Below, piece by piece: positions 1-7,101 of a stretch of 31,180 nucleotides of DNA. The notes below the pieces were generated by a model, which ran no database searches, had not been told where the DNA came from, and saw only the letters and a program-made list of their open reading frames with translations. The position numbers and the translations under genes were made by a program. This DNA is from a virus (taxonomy: Duplodnaviria; Caudoviricetes): positions 1-31,180 of IMG/VR virus record IMGVR_UViG_3300017655_000250; one strand, 5' to 3'. Positions within the stretch are counted from its first letter, which is position 1; each line of letters begins with the position of its first letter.

Positions 1-1098
1 ATGAAATTGTTTCTGATCATCGCCGTCGCGCTCATAGGCATGCCTCCCTTGATTTCCGGAAGCGAAATTGAAGGACAAATCTTTATTGCTACAAAAGGAG
101 GAACCGCCATAAAGCTCCCCCTGATTCGAGTGAATTTATACGACAAGGATGTTGTGGTAAATCATATAGCAACCAAAATAAATCAAGCCGCTGCAATCAA
201 AGCCAATCTTGAAGAGTTAGCCGATGAATGGACAAACCGAAAAAGAGTCCTTGAGGCTCTATATGCGAAAGCCAAAGAGCCCTTGGATATTCCCTTTAAT
301 GATCCAGACCGAAAGCAACTTGTGTCTGATTATTATGAAAAATCCGATCTCCTTGATAAAGTTCGAGCCCGGCTCCTATCTGTCTTATCAGCAAGTTTGT
401 GTTTAAAATCCGGGTTTTACTACCTGGACGGAATGCCTCGCCCTAAAGCTTCCGAGAAATCCGATGCTGATGGAAAATTTTTCTTCAATGATATAAAATC
501 GGGCGAGTATGTACTGGTTGCCAGAGGTAAAAGACTGGTGGGCGACGAGGAGGAATTATATTTCTGGTTTGTAGCGATTAACGCTCCCGGAAAAATATTA
601 TTATCAAATGATAACCTATCAACGTCAAACGGATATCAATCTCTGGTTTTTACTACAACCAGTGAGGACTTGGCAGCAAAGACAGGGGTCTTCCATTTTG
701 ACAACATCCAGGAAATAGCAAAAACCTTGAAAGACAAAAGCGACCAATGGGAAAAAGAAAACGGGGGGAAATTGGCTGAAATGCTCCGAAAAGATCAGGA
801 AAAACTGCAAGCCGAACAAGAAAGAGAAGCAAAGCTGCAAAGAATCAGGCAAGCGGCACAAAAACGAATTAAAGAAGAGCGAGAACAGGCACGACAAGCC
901 AAACTTGCCATTTATAGAGAATATCCTGAACTCGCTCAACGTCATGCCGTCGAACGGCTCCCGGAAATCGGCAGGGCAGGAACCCCGGAAAACGAAGAGT
1001 TCCTCAAGCGTACAGCACGCTATCGGGCTGAGAAACCCGATTTCTTCAACGAACCAGACTGGCCGATAAGATTGGCTGAGGAAATTAAAGGAGAGTAA
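1..1098 (+). CDS. Secreted or membrane-anchored hypothetical protein (signal peptide, carboxypeptidase-regulatory/prealbumin-like segment, coiled coil); outside the prophage
   Basis: 365-aa ORF with hydrophobic N-terminus MKLFLIIAVALIG; SDADGKFFFNDIKSGEYVLVA resembles the prealbumin-like beta-sandwich motif; E/K/R/Q-rich helix near the C-terminus; visibly AT-richer than the phage and on the far side of the att site. Confidence 0.7.
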   Translation: MKLFLIIAVALIGMPPLISGSEIEGQIFIATKGGTAIKLPLIRVNLYDKDVVVNHIATKINQAAAIKANLEELADEWTNRKRVLEALYAKAKEPLDIPFNDPDRKQLVSDYYEKSDLLDKVRARLLSVLSASLCLKSGFYYLDGMPRPKASEKSDADGKFFFNDIKSGEYVLVARGKRLVGDEEELYFWFVAINAPGKILLSNDNLSTSNGYQSLVFTTTSEDLAAKTGVFHFDNIQEIAKTLKDKSDQWEKENGGKLAEMLRKDQEKLQAEQEREAKLQRIRQAAQKRIKEEREQARQAKLAIYREYPELAQRHAVERLPEIGRAGTPENEEFLKRTARYRAEKPDFFNEPDWPIRLAEEIKGE

Positions 1099-1178
1099 CC
1101 GGGGGCATGACCATGACGAACCTGCGCACCCTCCACTGCAGAGATACCATCATCGCCTGAGAGTCGGGAGGTGGGCTA

Positions 1179-1204
1179 TGGTGGGTTGGGTGGGACTCGA
1201 ACCC
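1179..1204 (-). other. Prophage attachment site: displaced tRNA 3'-end fragment
   Basis: Minus strand reads GGGTTCGAGTCCCACCCAACCCACCA (T-loop TTCGAGT, 3' acceptor strand, ACCA end). T-stem pairing breaks upstream and no 5' tRNA half is present. It lies right after the last phage gene. Confidence 0.8.
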
Positions 1205-1219
1205 CTGAAAAGCGGCTAT

Positions 1220-1314
1220 TTTTAGGGCCTTCCTAGGTGGGTTTTTCGGGAAATCGGCGTTTTATGACGATTTTAGGGCCTTTTTTGGCGCGCATCCTTC
1301 AAATCTGTTCAAAT
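1220..1314. repeat. Short direct repeats next to att (candidate integrase arm or accessory-factor sites)
   Basis: TTTTAGGGCCTT at 1220-1231 and 1271-1282; TTCAAAT at 1298-1304 and 1308-1314 (10-bp period). Confidence 0.45.
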
Positions 1315-1333
1315 GGGATTTACACCCCTCGCC

Positions 1334-2089
1334 TCACCCGCAAGCCTCCATCAGCGTGGCTTCGGCTTCCCGGTGGCGGAGCAACCCCTTGATGTTCGGC
1401 CAGAGCCGTTTCATGCTGCGGATTTCAGCGGCGATCCCATGATAGTCCCGCTTGAGAACCAGCGGTTTGATGTTGCGCATCTCCGCCCGGCTCGCGCCGA
1501 CCATGCCGCTCCCCCGGTTGAAGACGAGCGAGACGAGTACGGCCTGGGCGTCGGGGTGGAGGGCTTCAAGGCCGGGATAGGCCGACTTCGCCAGCGCGTA
1601 GTATTGCGCGAGCGTCACGTCATTAAAGACGGCTTCGGCGTCCGCCCAAGGGATCAGGATGTCCTTGACCTTCGCCAACACCGCCCGGGCGGCGGCTTGT
1701 TTTTTCCCGGCGGCCTCCGAGAGTCGGGCGGGCTGCGGCTTCGGCAATCGATCCCAGTCCCGGAGGATGACCGGCTTCGAGTAGTGGCCGCAATCGTAAC
1801 CGACGCCGATGGTCAAACCCGACTGCGCCGGGGGTACCGTAGGCCGGGCAAGGAACTTCGAGTAGTAGGCCCTGCCGCCGCCGACTTCGAAGTCGAGGAT
1901 CAGTTGGTAACCCTTCGGGGAGAGAAGAACCGTGGTGTCCGGAAGGGCGTAGACCGGCGTCGGCGTTGGAGTGGGATCAGGAGTCCGGGGTTCAAGTGGC
2001 TCTTTCTTCGGACCGCACCCGGCCAGAAGGCCGATCAGAGCGAGCGGAAGCAGACCAGCACGAAAACGAAAAGGAAGATGGTAACGCAT
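1334..2089 (-). CDS. Endolysin, pesticin-like/GH24-type muramidase with N-terminal lipoprotein signal
   Basis: ILDFEVGG (candidate catalytic Glu), SGLTIGVGYD, LVSLVFNRG and GLLRHREAEA are T4-lysozyme/pesticin-like motifs; lipobox LLAG-C at Cys25; Pro/Thr linker; last gene of the late operon. Confidence 0.85.
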   Translation of the reverse strand: MRYHLPFRFRAGLLPLALIGLLAGCGPKKEPLEPRTPDPTPTPTPVYALPDTTVLLSPKGYQLILDFEVGGGRAYYSKFLARPTVPPAQSGLTIGVGYDCGHYSKPVILRDWDRLPKPQPARLSEAAGKKQAAARAVLAKVKDILIPWADAEAVFNDVTLAQYYALAKSAYPGLEALHPDAQAVLVSLVFNRGSGMVGASRAEMRNIKPLVLKRDYHGIAAEIRSMKRLWPNIKGLLRHREAEATLMEACG

Positions 2090-2361
2090 GTGTCGTAGAT
2101 GTCATCCCGCAGTCGTGGAGCACCCCCTTTGCTGCGGTACCCAAAGAGATGCTTTTGGAAGAGGCCGACAATCGCCCCCATCAAAAAAATGAAATATAGG
2201 GATCGGGAGATGTTGATCAGGTCGGTGGGGGGATCAACCGACGACCGGCCACCCATGAGGGAGGCGTAAATCCACTGATGCCACCAGAGGGAGGCGACCG
2301 CCAGCGGGATGAAGACGTAGATTTCCCGCCAGTAGAGGACGTATTGAACGATGCGTTTCAT
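2035..2361 (-). CDS. Putative holin (108 aa, about 3 TM segments)
   Basis: Start moved to ATG 2361 (ATGA overlap with upstream stop); three hydrophobic stretches; immediately upstream of and overlapping the lysin. Confidence 0.6.
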   Translation of the reverse strand: MKRIVQYVLYWREIYVFIPLAVASLWWHQWIYASLMGGRSSVDPPTDLINISRSLYFIFLMGAIVGLFQKHLFGYRSKGGAPRLRDDIYDTCVTIFLFVFVLVCFRSL

Positions 2362-2855
2362 AAAATCAGGAAAATGATGGTGAAGACCGCTCCGGCACCG
2401 GCGGCAGGGATCAACCACCGCCACCAGAACGGGAGCACGAGGCCGAACTTGTCGACGATGGACTTGATGGCCAGGAACACCAGGAGCGCGACGAACCCGG
2501 CGATGTAGGTTCTGAGCTTCCGGTTAGAGGCGGCGAGGGTCTTGATCTCCGCCGCCTGTTCAAGGCTCTTCTTTTCCAGTTCCGCCCGGCGGCGCTCCGA
2601 TCCCTCGAACATCTCGGTCAGCTTGGCGGCTTCCTGCTTGTGGCGCTCCACGGCGGCGTTAGCCGACTCCAGGGCGTCGCCCTGCGCATCGAGCCGGACG
2701 GTCAGCCGGTTGATCTGCCGCCGGGCATTTTGGAGAGAAGCCTCCTGTTCGCGGGCGAGCTGCTTGATCTGGCCGCCGATGGCCCGAACCTCTTCCCGGG
2801 TCAAGTCAGCGCCCCCTGCAGTGGCCAGCATCAGCATCAGGAAAACGAACTTCAT
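2358..2855 (-). CDS. Coiled-coil membrane protein, putative inner-membrane spanin-like component
   Basis: N-terminal signal-like MKFVFLMLMLATAGG, about 100-aa heptad-rich helix, two C-terminal hydrophobic segments; within the lysis cassette. Confidence 0.55.
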   Translation of the reverse strand: MKFVFLMLMLATAGGADLTREEVRAIGGQIKQLAREQEASLQNARRQINRLTVRLDAQGDALESANAAVERHKQEAAKLTEMFEGSERRRAELEKKSLEQAAEIKTLAASNRKLRTYIAGFVALLVFLAIKSIVDKFGLVLPFWWRWLIPAAGAGAVFTIIFLIL

Positions 2856-3097
2856 GGCGTCGGCTCCTTTCCGATAAGACGATCAGCCAGGCGAGAGATG
2901 GCCTCCGCACTGGTCTGTGCCTTGGCGACTTCATCCCGCACGCTGGCCGCCGCCTGGCGCGCGGCGGCGTTGCTTTCGCGGGCGCTCGCAATCTGCCGCC
3001 CTGCGGCCCCGGCGGCATCCGCTGGACGGGGGGCTGATTCCGGCAGCGAGCTACAACCGGCCAGGGCAAAAAACGAAATAAGAAAAATCGCTTTCAT
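2852..3097 (-). CDS. Small lipoprotein, putative outer-membrane spanin-like component
   Basis: MKAIFLISFFALAG-CSS lipobox, Pro-rich linker, Ala-rich helix; ATGA-coupled to the coiled-coil gene. Confidence 0.6.
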   Translation of the reverse strand: MKAIFLISFFALAGCSSLPESAPRPADAAGAAGRQIASARESNAAARQAAASVRDEVAKAQTSAEAISRLADRLIGKEPTP

Positions 3098-3101
3098 AGA
3101 T

Positions 3102-3314
3102 TTAACCCACTCTTACAACAAGGGTCACCGCAGCGCTGACCACGGCAACAAGCACGATGCTCACGCACCCGTACACCAAGGCCCTCACCGGCCAGAACTC
3201 CGCGCGCGTGACAAACTGCTTTTCAGCGATCATCTCAAACCGTTCCAGACGTTCGGAGAGGTTGTCGATCCGCTCGATTAACACGTCGATTTTCTCGTGT
3301 TCGTCTCTGCTCAT
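3102..3314 (-). CDS. Small coiled-coil protein with C-terminal TM (XhlA/holin-accessory-like)
   Basis: 70 aa, charged N-terminal helix then hydrophobic LVYGCVSIVLVAVVSAAVTLVV; first gene of the lysis cassette. Confidence 0.55.
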   Translation of the reverse strand: MSRDEHEKIDVLIERIDNLSERLERFEMIAEKQFVTRAEFWPVRALVYGCVSIVLVAVVSAAVTLVVRVG

Positions 3315-3712
3315 GGTTGTTCTTCAGGTATTGGTTGCGGCCATTCTTCCGGCGGTTTGTAGGTCAGCGGCAGGGTTTCCAGGATCGGCAGCAGCGCCGC
3401 CAGCCGCCCGCCGTCGAGTGCATCGGAGAGCAGGTCAACGCTGACGAATAGGTCGCCGTGGATATCCTCCCGTCCCGGATACTGATTGCCCGTGGGGGCC
3501 TTTGCTTTTATGTCCGCCGCCTGCTCGGCACTCACCGGCAACCACCAAAGGTTGATCCACGTGCGTTGCTCCTCCGTGAACCCGGTATCGGCATCAGGCA
3601 TCAGCAGCCGGAAAGCCGACTGTTGTTCGCTTGAAAGCTCGCTCCACGGCAACGGATTTTCCACCAGCGGAGCCGAGAGGTCGCGTAAAAGATCAATTTC
3701 TTCCGGAGTCAT
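3311..3712 (-). CDS. Hypothetical protein (possible tail fibre assembly factor)
   Basis: 133-aa acidic ORF, ATGA-coupled on both sides, directly after the fibre-like genes. Confidence 0.6.
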   Translation of the reverse strand: MTPEEIDLLRDLSAPLVENPLPWSELSSEQQSAFRLLMPDADTGFTEEQRTWINLWWLPVSAEQAADIKAKAPTGNQYPGREDIHGDLFVSVDLLSDALDGGRLAALLPILETLPLTYKPPEEWPQPIPEEQP

Positions 3713-4503
3713 GCGATCGCCTCCATGTAAGCGTTGAGAGCCGAACGCATGGCGATCAGATCAACAGTTTTACCGACGCTGAAAAAAGAAAGCTGAGCCG
3801 CAGAAAAATTTCCGGTGCTGTTGCTATATACGTAGAAAGGAGTGTTGTAGATGGCGTAATTCGTTCTTGTTCCTATTCCATCTGAATTTGGGAGGGCATA
3901 AGCAACTTGGCTCGACTGATTAGGGATACTGGAGAGGCCCAGAAATCCTCGGTTGTTGGGAGCAGCAGGGTATGGTATATTGTTTTTACCGCCCCAATCA
4001 ATCAATCTGAAACTTATAGCATCGCCAGTGTTTACAATTCTGGTGACTCCCTCCGATCCTGATACGTTTCCAATGTAATTCGTGTTGTTGCCCGAATCAG
4101 CAAAGACCGTCGAACAAAACACCGAAACGTGTTGATCTATTGCGGTTCCGTCGTTGGTGTAGTTTGTGAGCAGCGTCTTACTCGATCCGTTGCCCTTCAA
4201 CCCATTCACAGGATGGTAATCCCCTGAAACGAAATTGATGTTGGTGGGCGCAGGTCCGCGTAACGGGATCAGCGCTCCTGCCAGCGTCTGCGGCCCGGCG
4301 AGCAGGCACGTTGCTTTCATCGCATCCCAGTTGCTGACGCCCGGGAGAGGTGAAGGCGTAGACTTGAGCGTCTTAACCAGATCGTTGACTGCCATCAGTC
4401 GCTCCGCCGTGGCCGGCTGACCATCAGCCGCCGCAGACCGACGAATATAGTCAAGCGCATCTACGTCCCATCGTGACCGCAAGATATTAACCACTGGGAT
4501 CAT
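3709..4503 (-). CDS. Putative tail fibre or receptor-binding protein with a variable AT-rich C-terminal part
   Basis: Start moved to ATG 4503 (ATGA overlap); N-terminal DVDALDYI...ADGQ...GALIPLRG...NFVSGDY...GLKGNGSSK resembles a recurrent phage virion module (from memory); N/S/G-rich beta-type C-terminus. Confidence 0.55.
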   Translation of the reverse strand: MIPVVNILRSRWDVDALDYIRRSAAADGQPATAERLMAVNDLVKTLKSTPSPLPGVSNWDAMKATCLLAGPQTLAGALIPLRGPAPTNINFVSGDYHPVNGLKGNGSSKTLLTNYTNDGTAIDQHVSVFCSTVFADSGNNTNYIGNVSGSEGVTRIVNTGDAISFRLIDWGGKNNIPYPAAPNNRGFLGLSSIPNQSSQVAYALPNSDGIGTRTNYAIYNTPFYVYSNSTGNFSAAQLSFFSVGKTVDLIAMRSALNAYMEAIA

Positions 4504-5384
4504 GCCCACCCCCCGATAACAACGCCGTTGATGACGATCAGCATAACCATGCAGCCATCAGGCAACACGTCGGGCGGCGGAACTCCCATCATCCACTGTA
4601 CCGTACCCGGCCAGGTGACGGCGTGCCCCCCGGTGTTGGAAAACCGGATCAGGGCAATCGTGCCGTTGGCTGCACCGTCAAAGGTGTAGGTGACCGCCCC
4701 GGAGAGGGTAGCGTAGTAGATGATATCGCTGCCGCTGGATAGATCGATGGCGGTGCCGGTCAATGCTTCGTGTGCGCGGGTGTAGTCCTTGCCGGGATCA
4801 CCATCTTCCCCTCGCGGAATCTTGAATTTGAGCGCCGCAGCCGATTCCGTGCCGATATTTGTAACTTCAGCGGGCTGGCCTGGCTCGACGGTCTCCACGG
4901 AATCCACGCTGATCGTGGCCGCATTGCCGTCAACCCCCTTGTCGCCCTTCGGGATACCAAACTTCAAGGCGGCATTGTTCTCGTCGCCAATGTTCTCTAC
5001 GGTAGCGCTTTCTCCCGGCGCGAGGGTTTCGGTAGAGTCGATCGCGATCGTTGCAGCCTCGCCCTGCGGCCCTTGCCAATGCGGAGGAGTCGGGATATTC
5101 GTCCCCCCAGCGTTGATCAAGAGGGCGAAGTCATATTCCCCGCCGTCGTCGGGAACGCCGATGGTGAGCACGTCCTCAGTGTATCGGGGAAACGTGACGC
5201 GGTACTGGCCCGCAAGAAGGGTCACGTCTGCCAGACCGGCGCTGTTGGTGACGACTTCGGTCGTCTTGGTGGCGACCAGCGACCAGTCGCCGTTGATCCA
5301 CGGGGTTTCAAGCGGCGCGAATACGACCCGGGAAGAGAAGCCTTCCCCAAAGATATCGCTCAGGTTAATTTTGACGAGTGCCAT
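4500..5384 (-). CDS. Tail fibre protein with short collagen-like Gly-X-Y segments
   Basis: GPQG, KGDKGVDG and RGEDGDPG triplets flank two 45-aa repeats; position in the distal tail module. Confidence 0.7.
   Translation of the reverse strand: MALVKINLSDIFGEGFSSRVVFAPLETPWINGDWSLVATKTTEVVTNSAGLADVTLLAGQYRVTFPRYTEDVLTIGVPDDGGEYDFALLINAGGTNIPTPPHWQGPQGEAATIAIDSTETLAPGESATVENIGDENNAALKFGIPKGDKGVDGNAATISVDSVETVEPGQPAEVTNIGTESAAALKFKIPRGEDGDPGKDYTRAHEALTGTAIDLSSGSDIIYYATLSGAVTYTFDGAANGTIALIRFSNTGGHAVTWPGTVQWMMGVPPPDVLPDGCMVMLIVINGVVIGGWA
4791..5072 (-). repeat. Two 45-aa internal repeats in the tail fibre
   Basis: AATIAIDSTETLAPGESATVENIGDENNAALKFGIPKG versus AATISVDSVETVEPGQPAEVTNIGTESAAALKFKIPRG. 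Confidence 0.85.
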
Positions 5385-5398
5385 TTATCAAAGGGTTG

Positions 5399-5406
5399 GT
5401 GTCAAC
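5399..5406 (-). promoter_or_regulatory. GTTGACAC late-gene upstream motif (copy 1)
   Basis: TTGACA then 15 nt then ATG 5384. Confidence 0.7.
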
Positions 5407-6237
5407 TCACGGCGCAACGTAGTTGGGGTTGTAGAAGGTGCCGTCGCCGCGCTTGACGATCGCGAAGGGGTTGCGGAGCTGCGCGCCGGTTGCAGAGTCG
5501 TAGATGGGGCCGGAACCGTCCTTTCCGGGGTAGGGGTCGGTGTCGCCGGGGTCGTATTGGTAGTATTCTTCAGGAAGAATCTTTAGCAATGCATTCGATG
5601 GCGATCCTGAAAGAGAAGAATCCACATAAAGCGGGGTGGTCTCGCTGGGATCAATAGGATTAGAAAACAGGATGTTATCAGACAAGATATCACCGGTAGA
5701 ATAAGTAAGATATCCGATGCGATAAAACGAATTTGATGAAATCCATACCTCGCAATCAAACACCATCCTGGGGTAAACTAGGCCATTAATCAAATATCCA
5801 TCAAAGAATACATCTAACTTAGCTCGATTCGTGGGATTGTCATTCCAAAGACCAACCTTGGCATCGCTCTCACTGTACAAAACACCATCGCGATAGATTT
5901 TCCACCCGCCTTCAAACATTTTCCTCGCGTAGTTGTGGAGGATTCTTGAGTGAGCCAGCCAGCGTTCATCCCACGCAGGATTCCATGTATTTATCCGATA
6001 CGGCCACGGAGAAGCTTCACTGTAAGCTCCGCTAAAAACAGATCTTTGGATGTAGTTCGGGAATTCCGTCGTGATGTCAATATTGATATCGAAGTTCGTT
6101 CGGAACCTCTTTACTCTCCATAAAAGGCCAAGCTCTTCCAGAGTGTATCCAAAAGGGTAACTTGTTCCACGCCCAACAAGGGAATCATTGGACGTTTCAA
6201 CAAATCGGAAAATACTGGGAGCGAGCACGTAAGCCAT
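5407..6237 (-). CDS. Hypothetical virion (tail tip region) protein
   Basis: 276-aa ORF rich in aromatic residues in the tail module; AT-rich core with a GC-rich C-terminus. Confidence 0.65.
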   Translation of the reverse strand: MAYVLAPSIFRFVETSNDSLVGRGTSYPFGYTLEELGLLWRVKRFRTNFDINIDITTEFPNYIQRSVFSGAYSEASPWPYRINTWNPAWDERWLAHSRILHNYARKMFEGGWKIYRDGVLYSESDAKVGLWNDNPTNRAKLDVFFDGYLINGLVYPRMVFDCEVWISSNSFYRIGYLTYSTGDILSDNILFSNPIDPSETTPLYVDSSLSGSPSNALLKILPEEYYQYDPGDTDPYPGKDGSGPIYDSATGAQLRNPFAIVKRGDGTFYNPNYVAP

Positions 6238-6239
6238 AA

Positions 6240-6515
6240 TTAAGAAACCGGAGGCCCGTCAGCGTAAACATTCAGTTTGGCAGGTGCCCCCGAAAGCCAA
6301 ACATCAAGTGCAAAGGTTTCGGCATTAAGCCTCCCTCCCTTCAACTCAATCACGATATTAGCATCCGAGATAATCACGCGCCCCGCACCCTCCGGCTTGA
6401 TCTGCAACGAAAGCAGCCGGTTGATGGCGGCGATCACCTCGTTGGCGGTCGCCGTGTGCATCATCGTGCGTCCGGAGTCGCCCTTTTCCAAAGGATTTAT
6501 CTTGTTGTTCGCCAT
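6240..6515 (-). CDS. Small hypothetical tail protein
   Basis: Start moved to ATG 6515 (MANNKINPLEK), 1 nt after the upstream stop; 91 aa. Confidence 0.6.
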   Translation of the reverse strand: MANNKINPLEKGDSGRTMMHTATANEVIAAINRLLSLQIKPEGAGRVIISDANIVIELKGGRLNAETFALDVWLSGAPAKLNVYADGPPVS

Positions 6516-6516
6516 A

Positions 6517-7098
6517 TCAGGTAACCATGGTTGGGTCAAAGGGCGGCACGTAACGTTTGGCATGCTCCCAGACGTTGCCCCGGATGTTCCGGATGACGGA
6601 ATCCTCTGCAAGGAACCAACCTTCATCGGGGCCGGATTCGATCACGTTAAGATCGCCGACCCTGTAGACGACCGAGCCGATCAGGATATACCGGCGAGCG
6701 GAAAGCGTTTCGATCGTCGTCGGGTCTTCGACATGGGAATAGCTGTAGTAGACGTGGCTGGTGACCGGGATTTGCGCTTCAACGATCGGCTCATCGCCCA
6801 ACGAAAGAAACTGGTAGCTGTGAACATACCCCTCCGGCATGATGCGCGGCGGCGGAAGCTCCATCGCGAGCCGGTCCCATTCGAGAAGGTCCGCACCGAC
6901 GTTCCGGCCTTCGGTCTCTTTGTAGAGGTAGAAGTCGGTCGCGATGCTGACCCCGATGCCCATCTTCTCGAAGCTGGCCGCCCGCTGACGCATGGTGCGC
7001 CGCAGGAAATGACACCGAAGCTCCGGGTCAAAGCTGATCACGTCCGGCCCCTGAGGCTGGGCGACCGTGAAATCTCCGTCGTAGAAGGCGTTGGCCAT
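6517..7098 (-). CDS. Putative distal tail or tail-tip protein
   Basis: 193-aa ORF immediately downstream of the tape measure gene; phage-like codon usage. Confidence 0.6.
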   Translation of the reverse strand: MANAFYDGDFTVAQPQGPDVISFDPELRCHFLRRTMRQRAASFEKMGIGVSIATDFYLYKETEGRNVGADLLEWDRLAMELPPPRIMPEGYVHSYQFLSLGDEPIVEAQIPVTSHVYYSYSHVEDPTTIETLSARRYILIGSVVYRVGDLNVIESGPDEGWFLAEDSVIRNIRGNVWEHAKRYVPPFDPTMVT

Positions 7099-7101
7099 GG
7101 G

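Noticed and set aside
1179-1260. Complete tRNA gene
   Set aside because: Only the T-loop and 3' acceptor strand are present, with no D arm, anticodon arm or 5' strand; treated as an att site.
3709-4200. Diversity-generating retroelement target in the Asn-rich fibre C-terminus
   Set aside because: No template repeat copy or reverse transcriptase seen in the window.
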